Part shown: positions 53,528 to 64,000 of the stretch, one piece after another
How positions within the stretch are numbered: the first letter of the stretch is position 1
Layout of the letters: every line of letters starts with the position of its first letter
From: Thermoanaerobaculia bacterium
Lineage (GTDB): Bacteria; Acidobacteriota; Thermoanaerobaculia; UBA5066
DNA length: 64,000 bases
Direction: 5' to 3'
Assembly: GCA_963719225.1 (NCBI GenBank)
Contig: CAVRAY010000001.1
Coordinates: forward strand, 1,184,001-1,248,000
Translations under genes and position numbers: made by a program
The notes under the pieces: model-generated
What the model was told of the DNA's origin: nothing
Seen by the model: the letters and a program-made list of their open reading frames with translations, nothing else
Database searches by the model: none

Positions 53528-55516
53528 ATGCGACGTTTCCAGATTCCGAGCGCCGCCCTGGTCGCGGGCCTTGCGATCCTTCTGAGCGGCTGCTCCGGCG
53601 AGACGCCGACGGCTCCGTCATCGGGCGGGGGGAACGGCGGTAACGGCGGTGGTGGCAACGGCTCGTGCACGGTGCTGGTCTCGATGTCGGCCACGACGCA
53701 GAGCCCTCTCGTCGGGACGGCCGCCATCGTGCGGGCGACGGTCACGCGCGCCGGAGTTCCGATTCCGGACGGCGGTTCCGTGCAGTTCACCACCGATCTC
53801 GGCTTTTTCGGAGAGAACGGCCTCAACACGATCTCGAAGACGACTGTCGGCGGCGTAGCCGACGTGACCGTTGTCTCCAACGACGCCGGCACGGCGCACG
53901 TCAAGGCGCTCTTCGACTGCGCGAATGCGCAGATCAACCTGAATTTCGGCGGCATTCCGGACACGGGCCCGTTCATCTCGTCGCTCACGCCGACCACAGG
54001 TTCGTGCGCGGGCGGCGACCTGGTGACGATCCTGGGGGGTCGCTTCACCGGAACGAGCATCGACGTGTTCTTCGGCGGCGTGAGAGGCTCGATCAGGGGA
54101 GCCGTCACGGACACGCAGATCGTCGTGTCGACGCCCGCGCGCACGTTGAGAGATTCGGCCGTGCCCGAGACGGTCGACGTCGTCGTCAGGGTGAACGGCG
54201 CGTCCTCGGCGCCCAAGTCGTTCACCTACGCGTGCATCCCGATCAATCAGAGGATCTTCATCTCGTCGATCGTTCCGACGGAAGGTACGTCCGCGGGGGG
54301 CGACCTGGTGACGATCAACGGCGGCAATTTCGGCTCCAACATCGCGACGACGCGGGTCACCTTCTGCGGCCGGCCGGCGCAGATCACGGCGCAGCAGGAT
54401 CAGCAGATCACCGTCACGACTCCGGCGAGCCCGTTGGATCTGGAAGTGTGCGACGTCGTCGTCACGCGCGACCTCGGCCTCGTCTCGCAGCAGTCCGCCA
54501 CCGCGCCGCAGCAGTTCACCTTCCGCCGCGTGCTCACGCCGGTGATCAACTCGGTATCGCCGAGGACGGGCCCGAACGACGCCTCGACCCGGGTCACGAT
54601 CTTCGGCTCCGGCTTCCAGTTCCCGCTCCAGGTCTTCATGACGGGCGGGACGTGCGGCGCGCAGCGCGTCGAGGCTGCCGTTTCGGACATCTCGCTGACC
54701 ACGATCGTCTTCAAGACGCCGATCGCGACGAACAACGTCTGCCTCATGAACCAGCTCGTCGACATCGAGGTCCTGAACCCGACGACGGGGAAGAAGGCGT
54801 CGTGCCCGGCCTGCTTCAAGTTCTACTCGTGCCCGACCTCGGGCTCCGCCGCGCCTTCGTCCGCGGACGGGACGGTACCGACCACCGTCGTCATCTCGGG
54901 CGCGAACTTCGAGTCTCCGATCACGGCGAACTTCAAGACGGTGAACGACAACCTCATCGCGTTGAACGTGACGTCGGTGTCCGCGAACGCGATCGTCCTG
55001 ACGATGCCGCCGGCCAGCCAGCTCCTGGGCGGCTCCCCGGCGTGCGCGGACATCACCGGCAACATCGAAATCACGTTCCTTGGCCTCACGTGCGCCCCGA
55101 TCCAGGTGCCCTTCAGGTATCACCTTTCGCCGCCGTTCGCGTCGACCGCTGGTCCGAACAACCTGAGCCAGGACGGCTCGCCGTTCCCCGCCACGGGCGC
55201 GCCGGCGACGATCACCGTGACCGGAGGCAACTTCACCGATCCGATGACGGTACAGCTCGTCAAGGACGGCAGCGTGGTCGCGAACACCCTGGTGAACAAC
55301 GCGAACGTCGCGAACGTGAACACCCTTACGTTCGTCGCGCCGGCCGTGCTGGACTCGTCCCTCAACAAGCAGAACTGCACCCTTGGCGGAACGATCTCGG
55401 GCACCCAGCTCGTCCCGACGTCGTTCGGGATCCGCCTGACCAGCACGCGGACGGGTTGCACCACCGACCTGCCGAATGTGCTCGTGTACCATCCGCTCGA
55501 TCCGACGTGCAAGTGA
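53528..55516 (+). CDS. Lipoprotein with an Ig-like (Big_1) domain and multiple IPT/TIG repeats
   Basis: LSGC lipobox; PDG..V.FTTDLG; repeated P.I.S..P..G...GG..VTI.G.NF units; many Cys. Confidence 0.85.
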   Translation: MRRFQIPSAALVAGLAILLSGCSGETPTAPSSGGGNGGNGGGGNGSCTVLVSMSATTQSPLVGTAAIVRATVTRAGVPIPDGGSVQFTTDLGFFGENGLNTISKTTVGGVADVTVVSNDAGTAHVKALFDCANAQINLNFGGIPDTGPFISSLTPTTGSCAGGDLVTILGGRFTGTSIDVFFGGVRGSIRGAVTDTQIVVSTPARTLRDSAVPETVDVVVRVNGASSAPKSFTYACIPINQRIFISSIVPTEGTSAGGDLVTINGGNFGSNIATTRVTFCGRPAQITAQQDQQITVTTPASPLDLEVCDVVVTRDLGLVSQQSATAPQQFTFRRVLTPVINSVSPRTGPNDASTRVTIFGSGFQFPLQVFMTGGTCGAQRVEAAVSDISLTTIVFKTPIATNNVCLMNQLVDIEVLNPTTGKKASCPACFKFYSCPTSGSAAPSSADGTVPTTVVISGANFESPITANFKTVNDNLIALNVTSVSANAIVLTMPPASQLLGGSPACADITGNIEITFLGLTCAPIQVPFRYHLSPPFASTAGPNNLSQDGSPFPATGAPATITVTGGNFTDPMTVQLVKDGSVVANTLVNNANVANVNTLTFVAPAVLDSSLNKQNCTLGGTISGTQLVPTSFGIRLTSTRTGCTTDLPNVLVYHPLDPTCK

Positions 55517-55613
55517 CTTCCTTTCCAGCAGCTCTTTCGGTTCGGGCCGCCTCCGGGCGGCCCGAACTGTCTCGAAACCGGATGCCGTAGACTTCGAAGT
55601 CGGATCAAGGAAC

Positions 55614-57224
55614 ATGGCCCTTTTCGGCGGTCCTTCCACCCCGGTGTCCCGACTCGAGGAGCTCAAGAGGCTCCTTCAGAAGGACCCCACGTCGCGTCAG
55701 TTCCTGGCGCTGGCCGAGGAGTACCGCCGGCACGGCAAGTACCGCGATGCCGTCATCACTCTCGAGCGCGGGCTCCAGCTGCACTCCACCTCGGTTGCGG
55801 CGCACGTCGCTCTCGGACGGACCTATCAGCAGCTGGACCGCCTCGAGGACGCGATTCGCGCGTTCACGAACGCGCTTCGGCTCGATCGCGAGAACCTCGT
55901 CGCCATTCGCCAGCTGGCCGAGGTCTACCTGGCCCGGGGAGACAAGATCGAGGCGATCAAGAAGCTGAAGCTCTATCGCGGCCTCAAGGCCGGAGACCGC
56001 GACGTAAACGACATCATTCAGAAGCTCGAGGAGGAGATGTCCGCAGCGGTTGCCGAGCGTCCCCGTTCGGGCGTCCAACCTGTGTTTGCGGATTTTTCCA
56101 CGGTGCCGCGCCCGTCCCCATCGCCGAGCGGGATTCGCCGGGTTCAGACGATCCCGCGCCTCGAGCGTGTGGAACCACCGTCTCCTCCGCCCCCGCCGCC
56201 GGAGACGAAGCCCGACCTCATGGAGCTCACGTACGACGGCCCGAAAGCCTCGAGGCCCGTCGAGGCGGTTCGCCTGACTGCGCCGGAGCCGCCCCCTCCT
56301 CCGGCGATGCCGCCACCTCCACCGCCGTTATCGCCGCCGGTCGTGGAGGCTCTCGTCGCGAACTCTTCCACCGCGCCGGTTTCGTCCGAGGTGCCGCCTC
56401 TGTCGCCGTTTACCGCGCCGATCGCGCCGATTCGCGAACAGCCGGAGCCCGAGAAGGCGCCGTTCGTGCTCGCCGAGAACGAAGCAGAGCTGGACGTTCC
56501 GGAAGAGCAGGCGACGGCCCCCTTCACATTTCCCGTGGATCTTTACAGGACGGAAGCGGCCACTTTTTCCGCCCGGGTGCCAGCCGAAACGGCCCCGTTC
56601 GACGTCCCCGACGCGGGTCTCGGCGCGCCTCCGGAGAGCGAGCCGCTCGTCTCGGAGACTCTCGGAGACCTCTACCGCGCCCAGGGCCACATGGCCGATG
56701 CCCGGGAGACGTATCGCACACTCGCGGAAACCGCGGCCGACGAAGCGCGTGCCCGGGCGCTGCGCGAGAAAGCCGCGGCTCTTCCGCAGGCGGAGAGGAC
56801 CGACCATCCGCGCCTCAGGCGTCTCGGGCGGCGCTTTCCCGCGCGCCCCGAAGCGACCGTCGATGATCTCAAGGGGATCCTCCTGAACCTCGTCCAGGGG
56901 ACGGAAGGGATTCGCGCGGCGACCCTGACCGACCTCGAGGGGCTTCCGGTCGTGATGGCCGGACCGGCGTCTCGGGAGGCCTCGATGGAAACCCTCGTCG
57001 CCGAGCTCAGCTCTTTCCTGAAGAACGTCCGGCGCACGACGGCCGAGACCGGCACGGGCGAGCTCGAATCGCTCGCGGTCGCGGGCCCGACCGGCGGAGT
57101 CGTGGTCTCACCCGTCAATGGCGATTACTCTCTCATCCTGCGAGTCGACCCCGAGGCGGCGCTCGGCGAGATCCGGTGGGAGGCGGCGCGCACCGCGCGC
57201 GCTCTCCGCCCGGCGGTTCGCTGA
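55614..57224 (+). CDS. TPR protein fused to a C-terminal roadblock/LC7 (MglB/MglC-like) domain
   Basis: DP.SRQF..LAEEYR..G TPRs; Pro-rich linker; SETLGDLY.AQG; C-terminal L..LV...EG.RAA.L.D.EG..V...LG..RW. Confidence 0.8.
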   Translation: MALFGGPSTPVSRLEELKRLLQKDPTSRQFLALAEEYRRHGKYRDAVITLERGLQLHSTSVAAHVALGRTYQQLDRLEDAIRAFTNALRLDRENLVAIRQLAEVYLARGDKIEAIKKLKLYRGLKAGDRDVNDIIQKLEEEMSAAVAERPRSGVQPVFADFSTVPRPSPSPSGIRRVQTIPRLERVEPPSPPPPPPETKPDLMELTYDGPKASRPVEAVRLTAPEPPPPPAMPPPPPPLSPPVVEALVANSSTAPVSSEVPPLSPFTAPIAPIREQPEPEKAPFVLAENEAELDVPEEQATAPFTFPVDLYRTEAATFSARVPAETAPFDVPDAGLGAPPESEPLVSETLGDLYRAQGHMADARETYRTLAETAADEARARALREKAAALPQAERTDHPRLRRLGRRFPARPEATVDDLKGILLNLVQGTEGIRAATLTDLEGLPVVMAGPASREASMETLVAELSSFLKNVRRTTAETGTGELESLAVAGPTGGVVVSPVNGDYSLILRVDPEAALGEIRWEAARTARALRPAVR

Positions 57225-57263
57225 ACACCTCGGGGGAAACGCACCGGTGACCGAAAGGGAACG

Positions 57264-57755
57264 ATGAACGTCAAGGAGATCAAGGAACTCGTCGAGCTGG
57301 TGTCGCGCCGGGGACTCGCCGGCCTCGAGATCGAACGGGCGGGGTTCCGCCTCCGCATCGAGGGCGCCCCCGCTCACCGTGCCGCGCCCGTCTTCACGCA
57401 GGCCTCCGTCGAGCGCGCCACTACCGAAGCGCCCGCACTGCCTCCCGCTGCGCCGGCAGCGTCCGTCGCCCATCGCGTCCCGCCCGGCCCGCCCGGTTCT
57501 GGAGAGCGCGAGGGATTCCACGTCATCACCGCGCCCATCGTCGGCACGTTCTACCGCTCTCCGAACCCCGATTCCGACGCATTCGTGAAAGTCGGCGACG
57601 TCGTCGAGAAGGGCAAGACCCTCTGCATCGTCGAGGCGATGAAGCTCATGAACGAAATCGAGGCGGACATCGCGGGCACGGTGGTGGCCATCTACCCGCA
57701 GAACGCCCAGCCGGTGGAATTCGGAGAAAAACTCTTCGCAATCCAGCCGCGCTGA
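57264..57755 (+). CDS. accB: Acetyl-CoA carboxylase biotin carboxyl carrier protein
   Basis: [25 protein letters not shown]. Confidence 0.96.
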   Translation: MNVKEIKELVELVSRRGLAGLEIERAGFRLRIEGAPAHRAAPVFTQASVERATTEAPALPPAAPAASVAHRVPPGPPGSGEREGFHVITAPIVGTFYRSPNPDSDAFVKVGDVVEKGKTLCIVEAMKLMNEIEADIAGTVVAIYPQNAQPVEFGEKLFAIQPR

Positions 57756-57765
57756 CGGGGACGAC

Positions 57766-59132
<1,367 letters not shown>

Positions 59133-59136
<4 letters not shown>

Positions 59137-59687
59137 AGGATCTCGCGAAGGACCCCGCATCCGAAGCGCCTCGCCGCGTGTACCTCGTCGGTTTCATGGG
59201 GAGCGGCAAGACGACGAGCGGGCGGATTCTCGCAGACCGCTGGAACGTCCCGTTCGTCGATCTCGACCTCGCCTTCGAGTCGATCTCCGGCCGAACGATC
59301 CGAGAGACGTTCGAGGCGCACGGGGAAGCTTATTTCCGGGAACGGGAATCGGAGCTTCTGCGCGGGACGGCAACTCTCGCTCAGGCCGTGGTCGCGCTCG
59401 GAGGCGGAACGTTCACGTTTCCCGAGAACGTCCGCTTCGTGAAGGAGCACGGCATCTCCGTGTTCCTCGATCCTCCCTTCGACGTGCTCGCAGCACGGCT
59501 CGCCGAAAAAGCCGCCGATCGACCGCTGTTTGGCTCGCTCGAGTCAGCCCGAAAGCTCTGGGAAGCGCGTCGGCCCTTCTATAAAATGGCGGACCGGGCC
59601 CTGGACGTGAATCACGAGACGACTCCCGGCGAGGTCGCCGGCCGGCTTGCCCGCCTGCTCGACCCGGGGAACGCCGGGGGCCGCTGA
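59133..59687 (+). CDS. aroK: Shikimate kinase
   Basis: [25 protein letters not shown]...Y; TTG start overlaps accC stop. Confidence 0.9.
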
Positions 59688-59688
59688 C

Positions 59689-60447
59689 GTGCGTTATCTC
59701 ATCCTGTCCGACCTTCATTCGAACGACGAGGCTCTGACCGCCGTTCTCCGCCGCGTGAAGCGCAAGACGTTCGACCGGGTCGTGTGCCTCGGCGACTTCG
59801 TCGGCTACGCCGCGGATCCGAACAAGGTCCTGGACCGATTCCGGAAGCTCCGCCGGACGACGATTTCGGTGCGCGGGAACCACGACAAGGTCGTCGCCGG
59901 CGTGGAGGAGGGGCTCCTGTTCAATCCGCCCGCGCTCGAAGCGGTGCGCTGGACGGTTGAACGGCTCTCGAAGCAGAACATGGAGTTCCTGAAGAAGCTC
60001 CCGCTCGGGCCGGAAGTCGTGGACGGTCGCTTCGTCGTGTGCCACGGCTCGCCGCTCGACGAGGATGCCTACATCTTCTCGGACTTCGATGCCTCGCTGA
60101 ATTTCGTTCAGATGCACCGCTTCGCCGAGGGCATCGACCTGTGCTTTTTCGGCCACAGCCACATCCCCTCGATCTTCACGCTCGAGCCGGGCGGCATCCG
60201 GGTGGAAGCCGTGCGCGAGGCGCGCCTGAAGCTGCGCCTCGAGCCGGGGAAGCGCTACCTCGTGAATCCCGGCTCGGTCGGCCAGCCGAGGGACCGGAAC
60301 CCGCGCGCCGCCTACGCGATCTATGACGCGAGCGCTCGTGTGGTCCATTTCGACCGCGTGCCCTACGACGTGGGCGCCACGCGCCGCAAGATCCAGCGCG
60401 CGGGACTGCCCGCCGTTCTCGGCGACCGGCTCGTCGTCGGGCTCTAG
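59689..60447 (+). CDS. Metallophosphoesterase family protein
   Basis: SDLHSN, LGDFVGY, RGNHD, HGSP, GHSH, NPGSVGQPRD. Confidence 0.92.
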   Translation: MRYLILSDLHSNDEALTAVLRRVKRKTFDRVVCLGDFVGYAADPNKVLDRFRKLRRTTISVRGNHDKVVAGVEEGLLFNPPALEAVRWTVERLSKQNMEFLKKLPLGPEVVDGRFVVCHGSPLDEDAYIFSDFDASLNFVQMHRFAEGIDLCFFGHSHIPSIFTLEPGGIRVEAVREARLKLRLEPGKRYLVNPGSVGQPRDRNPRAAYAIYDASARVVHFDRVPYDVGATRRKIQRAGLPAVLGDRLVVGL

Positions 60448-60464
60448 TCCGGCCGGCGGACCCG

Positions 60465-62567
60465 ATGCGCAGCCTCCGCCTTCGTGCCCCCGCTGCCTTC
60501 GTCGCCTCCGCCGTCCTCGCGGGCTGTGTCACGTTCGGTTCCGAGAAGGGACCGCCGAAAGGCACGTATCGCGAGCGCCTGATCGGGTACGCCGCTCTTC
60601 TGCGAATGGAGGACCGCCGCGCATACGATCCGCTGCTGTCGGGACGCACGGCAGCCTCTCCGGATCCCTGGCTGCGCGCCAAGACCGCGCTCGCGGTCTC
60701 CCGCCTGAAGGATACGGACGCATCCGTGTACCTGCCCGTGCTCCTGAAGGACCCAGAGGCCTCCGTGCGCCGCGCCGCCACGTTCGGAGCCGGGCTTTCG
60801 GGTGACGCCCGCCTTCTGCACTTCCTCGTTGCGGCGCTGGGCGATCCCGATGACCAGACCGCCGCGAATGCCGCCGAGGCTCTCGGGAAAATTGGCGGAA
60901 AAGACGCCACGGACGCCCTGCTCGCCGCTCTTGCAAAGCCCAGGGGCCCGCGGGCGGGGTGCGCGCTCGCGCTGTTTCGGAAGCCCGAGGCGCGAAGTGT
61001 CACGGCGTTGCTCGCCGCGTTCGGAGAAGAGGATTCTGCTCCCGAGCTCGGGCGCGCGGTCGTCTATTCACTGTCACGAAAACCAGATCCCGCGGCAGTT
61101 CCGGCGCTTCGCGCGGTGCTTAGAAGGGAAGAAGAAGGGGCGTCCCGCACGCCCGCGAGCGAGGAAGTCGCCTGGGCGGCGCGAGGTCTTGGGATCCTCG
61201 AGGATGAGGAGAGCGTCCCCGACCTCGTCCGCCTCGCGGCCAGCCGCGACATCTCGGTTGCCGTTCAGGCCCTGACCGCGCTCCATTCACTTTCTAACAA
61301 AAGTGTCTTTTCCCTTCGCGAGGAATTGACTCGCGGCGCACGGGAAATTGCTCTTCTCCGAGCAAACGATTCCCTTCCCGGAGTGGCCATCGCCGCTTTG
61401 CGCCTCCTCGGAGCGTTGCCCGACTCCCCCGCGTCGCGTGCGACGCTCGAAGAGAACCTGCTCAAGAAGGGGTGGAGAGGACAGGCGGCCCTCGTGTCTC
61501 TGACGCACCTCGACGCGGCTCGGTCGCCGGAGGCCGCTGCGGCCCGGATCGACGCGGCGGCCCTTCTCGGCGGCACCCTCGAGCTGCGACTCGGTGCCGC
61601 CGAGGCCCTGCAGTTCTTCGGAGGCGATGGTCCGCCGAAGGTTCTCGCGACGGCCCTCCTCGCCGACCGTGCCGCGCGCGTGCGCGCATCCGCCCTTTCC
61701 TCCGTTTCGAAGAAGCAATCTCCGCATCTCTCTTCCTGGCTGCTCGCCGGCTTGATCGATCACGACGCTGCGGTGCGCGATGCCGCACTCGACGCAGGGG
61801 CGCCCCTCCTCGAGAAGGGAAGCGCGGAGCTGAAGCGCGCATGGATGGCCGCGTTCGATCGCGCTTTCGAGTCCGGCGAGCCGGATTTCACCGTCGGCGC
61901 CCTCGATGCCGCGGCGGCCCGCGGCGAGGCCGGACGCGTCCTCGTGGCTGCGCACGCGAACGACCCGGACGCCGTCACGCGCGAGAAGGCGCGGCGGCTC
62001 CTCGTCGAGAAATACGGGGCCGCCAACGGCTCGTTTCGGCCGATCCCGGCCGGAACGCGGCTTTCGACCGAGGATTACGCGCGCGTCTCCCGCGCCGCGA
62101 ACGAGTCTGTTTTCGAGGCGGAGATCGCCACGGCCCGCGGCCCGATCCGGATGGAGCTTCTCGCCGAGGACGCGCCCCTCACGGTCGAGAGCTTTCGCAC
62201 GCTCGCCGCGAAGGGCTTCTTCGACGGAATGGTGATTCACCGAGTCGTGCCGGACTTCGTCGTCCAGACCGGCGACCCGCGCGGAGACGGAAGCGGCGGA
62301 CCTGGTTACGCCATCCGGGACGAGATCAACCCGGCCCGGTACACGCGCGGCGCCGTCGGAATGGCCCTCTCCGGCGCCGATACGGGCGGCTCGCAATGGT
62401 TCGTCACGCTTTCCACGCAGCTCCACCTCGACGGCGGCTACACCGTGTTCGGGCGCGTTCTCGAGGGGTGGGACGTCCTCGATCGCATCGAGCAGGACGA
62501 CCGGCTCGTGTCCGTGCGCGTGACGTCCCATCCGCGTTCGGCCCGTCCGCCCGGAGCCGTGCCGTGA
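60465..62567 (+). CDS. HEAT-repeat lipoprotein fused to a cyclophilin-type peptidylprolyl isomerase
   Basis: LAGC lipobox; HEAT repeats; AP.TV..F, HRVVPDFVVQTGDP.GDGSGGPG, DTGGSQWF, HLDGGYTVFG.V. Confidence 0.9.
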   Translation: MRSLRLRAPAAFVASAVLAGCVTFGSEKGPPKGTYRERLIGYAALLRMEDRRAYDPLLSGRTAASPDPWLRAKTALAVSRLKDTDASVYLPVLLKDPEASVRRAATFGAGLSGDARLLHFLVAALGDPDDQTAANAAEALGKIGGKDATDALLAALAKPRGPRAGCALALFRKPEARSVTALLAAFGEEDSAPELGRAVVYSLSRKPDPAAVPALRAVLRREEEGASRTPASEEVAWAARGLGILEDEESVPDLVRLAASRDISVAVQALTALHSLSNKSVFSLREELTRGAREIALLRANDSLPGVAIAALRLLGALPDSPASRATLEENLLKKGWRGQAALVSLTHLDAARSPEAAAARIDAAALLGGTLELRLGAAEALQFFGGDGPPKVLATALLADRAARVRASALSSVSKKQSPHLSSWLLAGLIDHDAAVRDAALDAGAPLLEKGSAELKRAWMAAFDRAFESGEPDFTVGALDAAAARGEAGRVLVAAHANDPDAVTREKARRLLVEKYGAANGSFRPIPAGTRLSTEDYARVSRAANESVFEAEIATARGPIRMELLAEDAPLTVESFRTLAAKGFFDGMVIHRVVPDFVVQTGDPRGDGSGGPGYAIRDEINPARYTRGAVGMALSGADTGGSQWFVTLSTQLHLDGGYTVFGRVLEGWDVLDRIEQDDRLVSVRVTSHPRSARPPGAVP
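61109..61133 (-). repeat. Dispersed CTAAG motif copy (antisense in HEAT-PPIase, VLRREEE)
   Basis: minus strand ttcttccctt-CTAAG-caccgcgcga; degenerate + partner cattcacttt-CTAAC-aaaagtgtc at 61294. Confidence 0.7.
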
Positions 62568-62737
62568 AATTCGCCGTCGGGCGAAGCCTGCAGCTCGTCG
62601 GGCTCGTGCTCGTGGGTCTGGGTCTCGTCATCGGGCTCCTGAGGAACGACCTGAGGTTCGAGGAGCGGATGTTCTTCGCCGGCGGCGCCGTCTTCTTCGC
62701 GGGCTGGCTGCTCGTGCGACCGTTCAAGGCTCCATGA
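62564..62737 (+). CDS. Small two-TM membrane protein
   Basis: GTG start overlapping upstream stop, ATGA overlap downstream; GRSLQLVGL..., two hydrophobic helices. Confidence 0.7.
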   Translation: MKFAVGRSLQLVGLVLVGLGLVIGLLRNDLRFEERMFFAGGAVFFAGWLLVRPFKAP

Positions 62738-63645
62738 AAGTGTTCGTCGGCCGACCCCTCGTCGAGCCGTCCACGACCGAGCTTCTTGCGGGGCATACCG
62801 TCGTCACGGGAGACGGGAACCTCCCGCGGTCCGAGTGGCCGCTCCTGTCGGACGCCGACGCACTCCTTCCGACGCCGCGCGAGCGGATCACGGACGAGCT
62901 CCTCGCGGCCTCTCCGCGGACCCGGATCGTGGCGAGCCACTCGGTCGGGGTCGACCACATCGATCTCGAGGCGTGCCGCCGGCGCGGCATCCTCGTCACC
63001 AACACGCCGGACGTCCTCACCGAGGCGACGGCGGACCTCGCCTGGGCGCTGATCCTGGCGGTCGCGCGGCGGCTGGGCGAGGGCGAGGCGCTCGCGCGCT
63101 CGGGGACGTGGGACGGCTGGAAACCCCGGGAGCTTCTCGGCATCTCCCTCTCCGGGCGCACGCTGGGCATCTACGGCATGGGCCGTATCGGGCGGGCGGT
63201 GGCGAGGCGCGGCGAGGCGTTCGGAATGGCGGTCGTGGCCTTCGGCAGGAGTCGGAGTGAAAAGGACCTGGAAGAATTCCTTTCGAATGTGGATGTGCTG
63301 TCGATCCACACGCCTTTGACCGAGGAGACGCGCGGAAGGTTCGGAGAGAAAGAGATCCTTCGAATGAAAGAGGGGGCGATCCTCATCAACACCGCGCGGG
63401 GCCCGATCGTGGACGAGGAGGCACTCGTCGCGGCCCTTCGTTCGAGGCATCTTCTGGGCGCGGGTCTCGACGTCTACGAAAAAGAGCCCGCAATCCATCC
63501 CGGGCTGGTCTCGCTGCCGAACGTCGTTCTCCTCCCGCATCTCGGCTCGGCCACGTTCGAGACGCGCCTCGCCATGGCGCGCCTCGCGTGCGAGGAGATC
63601 GCGCGCTTCGCGCGCGGCGAGCCGCCGCTGCACCCGGTTCCGTAG
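62734..63645 (+). CDS. D-glycerate dehydrogenase / glyoxylate reductase (D-2-hydroxyacid dehydrogenase)
   Basis: VG.DHID, NTPDVLTEATAD, GMGRIG, INTARG, GLDVYE.EP, PHLGSAT. Confidence 0.93.
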   Translation: MKVFVGRPLVEPSTTELLAGHTVVTGDGNLPRSEWPLLSDADALLPTPRERITDELLAASPRTRIVASHSVGVDHIDLEACRRRGILVTNTPDVLTEATADLAWALILAVARRLGEGEALARSGTWDGWKPRELLGISLSGRTLGIYGMGRIGRAVARRGEAFGMAVVAFGRSRSEKDLEEFLSNVDVLSIHTPLTEETRGRFGEKEILRMKEGAILINTARGPIVDEEALVAALRSRHLLGAGLDVYEKEPAIHPGLVSLPNVVLLPHLGSATFETRLAMARLACEEIARFARGEPPLHPVP

Positions 63646-63676
63646 GCCCGGAGCTTCGCTCGCGAGCGCCTCGCTC

Positions 63677-63701
63677 ATTCACCCCTCTAAGAAAATCTTC
63701 T
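63677..63701 (+). repeat. Dispersed CTAAG motif copy (between convergent genes)
   Basis: attcacccct-CTAAG-aaaatcttct. Confidence 0.85.
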
Positions 63702-63708
63702 TTGAGGG

Positions 63709-63999
63709 TCACCCGATTGAGATGTCCCGCCTTTCGAGCGATCGTGCGGCCAGTATCAGCGGCGCGCTTGCGGCTACGGTTGCCAGAGTGAGGAAAGCGG
63801 CGAGCAGCGGCCACGGCGCCAGATCGACCTTCAGGAGCGATGCGAGAAGCAGGCGAAGCTCGTTCGAGACGACGAGCGTCGAAAGCAGGGAGAGGGCCGT
63901 CGAAAGGACGAGCGCGAAGAGCCCTCCCGTGGAGAGCGCGACGCTGACCGCGTTCGGGGCGTCGTAGCGCGGGAAGAGGGCGCCGAGGCCGAGGTGGAG
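63709..63999 (-). CDS. C-terminus of a membrane protein, putative ABC-2 permease (partial, runs off the window)
   Basis: Read manually: LHLGLGALFPRYDAPNAVSVALSTGGLFALVLS...SLERRDISIG-stop. Confidence 0.6.
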   Translation of the reverse strand, partial: LHLGLGALFPRYDAPNAVSVALSTGGLFALVLSTALSLLSTLVVSNELRLLLASLLKVDLAPWPLLAAFLTLATVAASAPLILAARSLERRDISIG

Positions 64000-64000
64000 C

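Overview
High-GC (roughly 68-70% by eye) bacterial chromosomal window. Gene content and style suggest Acidobacteriota, possibly Thermoanaerobaculia (inference only). It holds about 55 genes: a copA metal locus; a Fic gene; an NHLP-like small gene heading a TolC/RND/ABC export operon; mnmA; a shortened radical-SAM/HhH gene with an AlkD-like gene; an OPT transporter; an ECF/anti-sigma pair; cysE; folK; a tgt-yajC-[Mre11-like nuclease + membrane-anchored SMC-like ATPase]-secD-secF operon; a glucosylglycerate-type compatible-solute cluster; rel; pilMNOPQ with accessory lipoproteins and a TPR-roadblock fusion; accBC; aroK and others. I saw no rRNA, tRNA, CRISPR array or transposase. The strongest unexplained signal is a dispersed AT-rich motif, consensus about YTCWCCYTT-CTAAG-AAARTCYYC with the symmetric core TTCT(A/T)AGAA. 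I found 13 clear copies plus several degenerate ones. They occur on both strands, mostly inside genes in several reading frames, often as inverted pairs about 110-330 bp apart, as an uptake-sequence-like or nucleoid-protein site would. A second notable signal is a ComEA-like helix-hairpin-helix module inserted in the periplasmic domain of SecF. Start codons were adjusted by eye from the ORF track.
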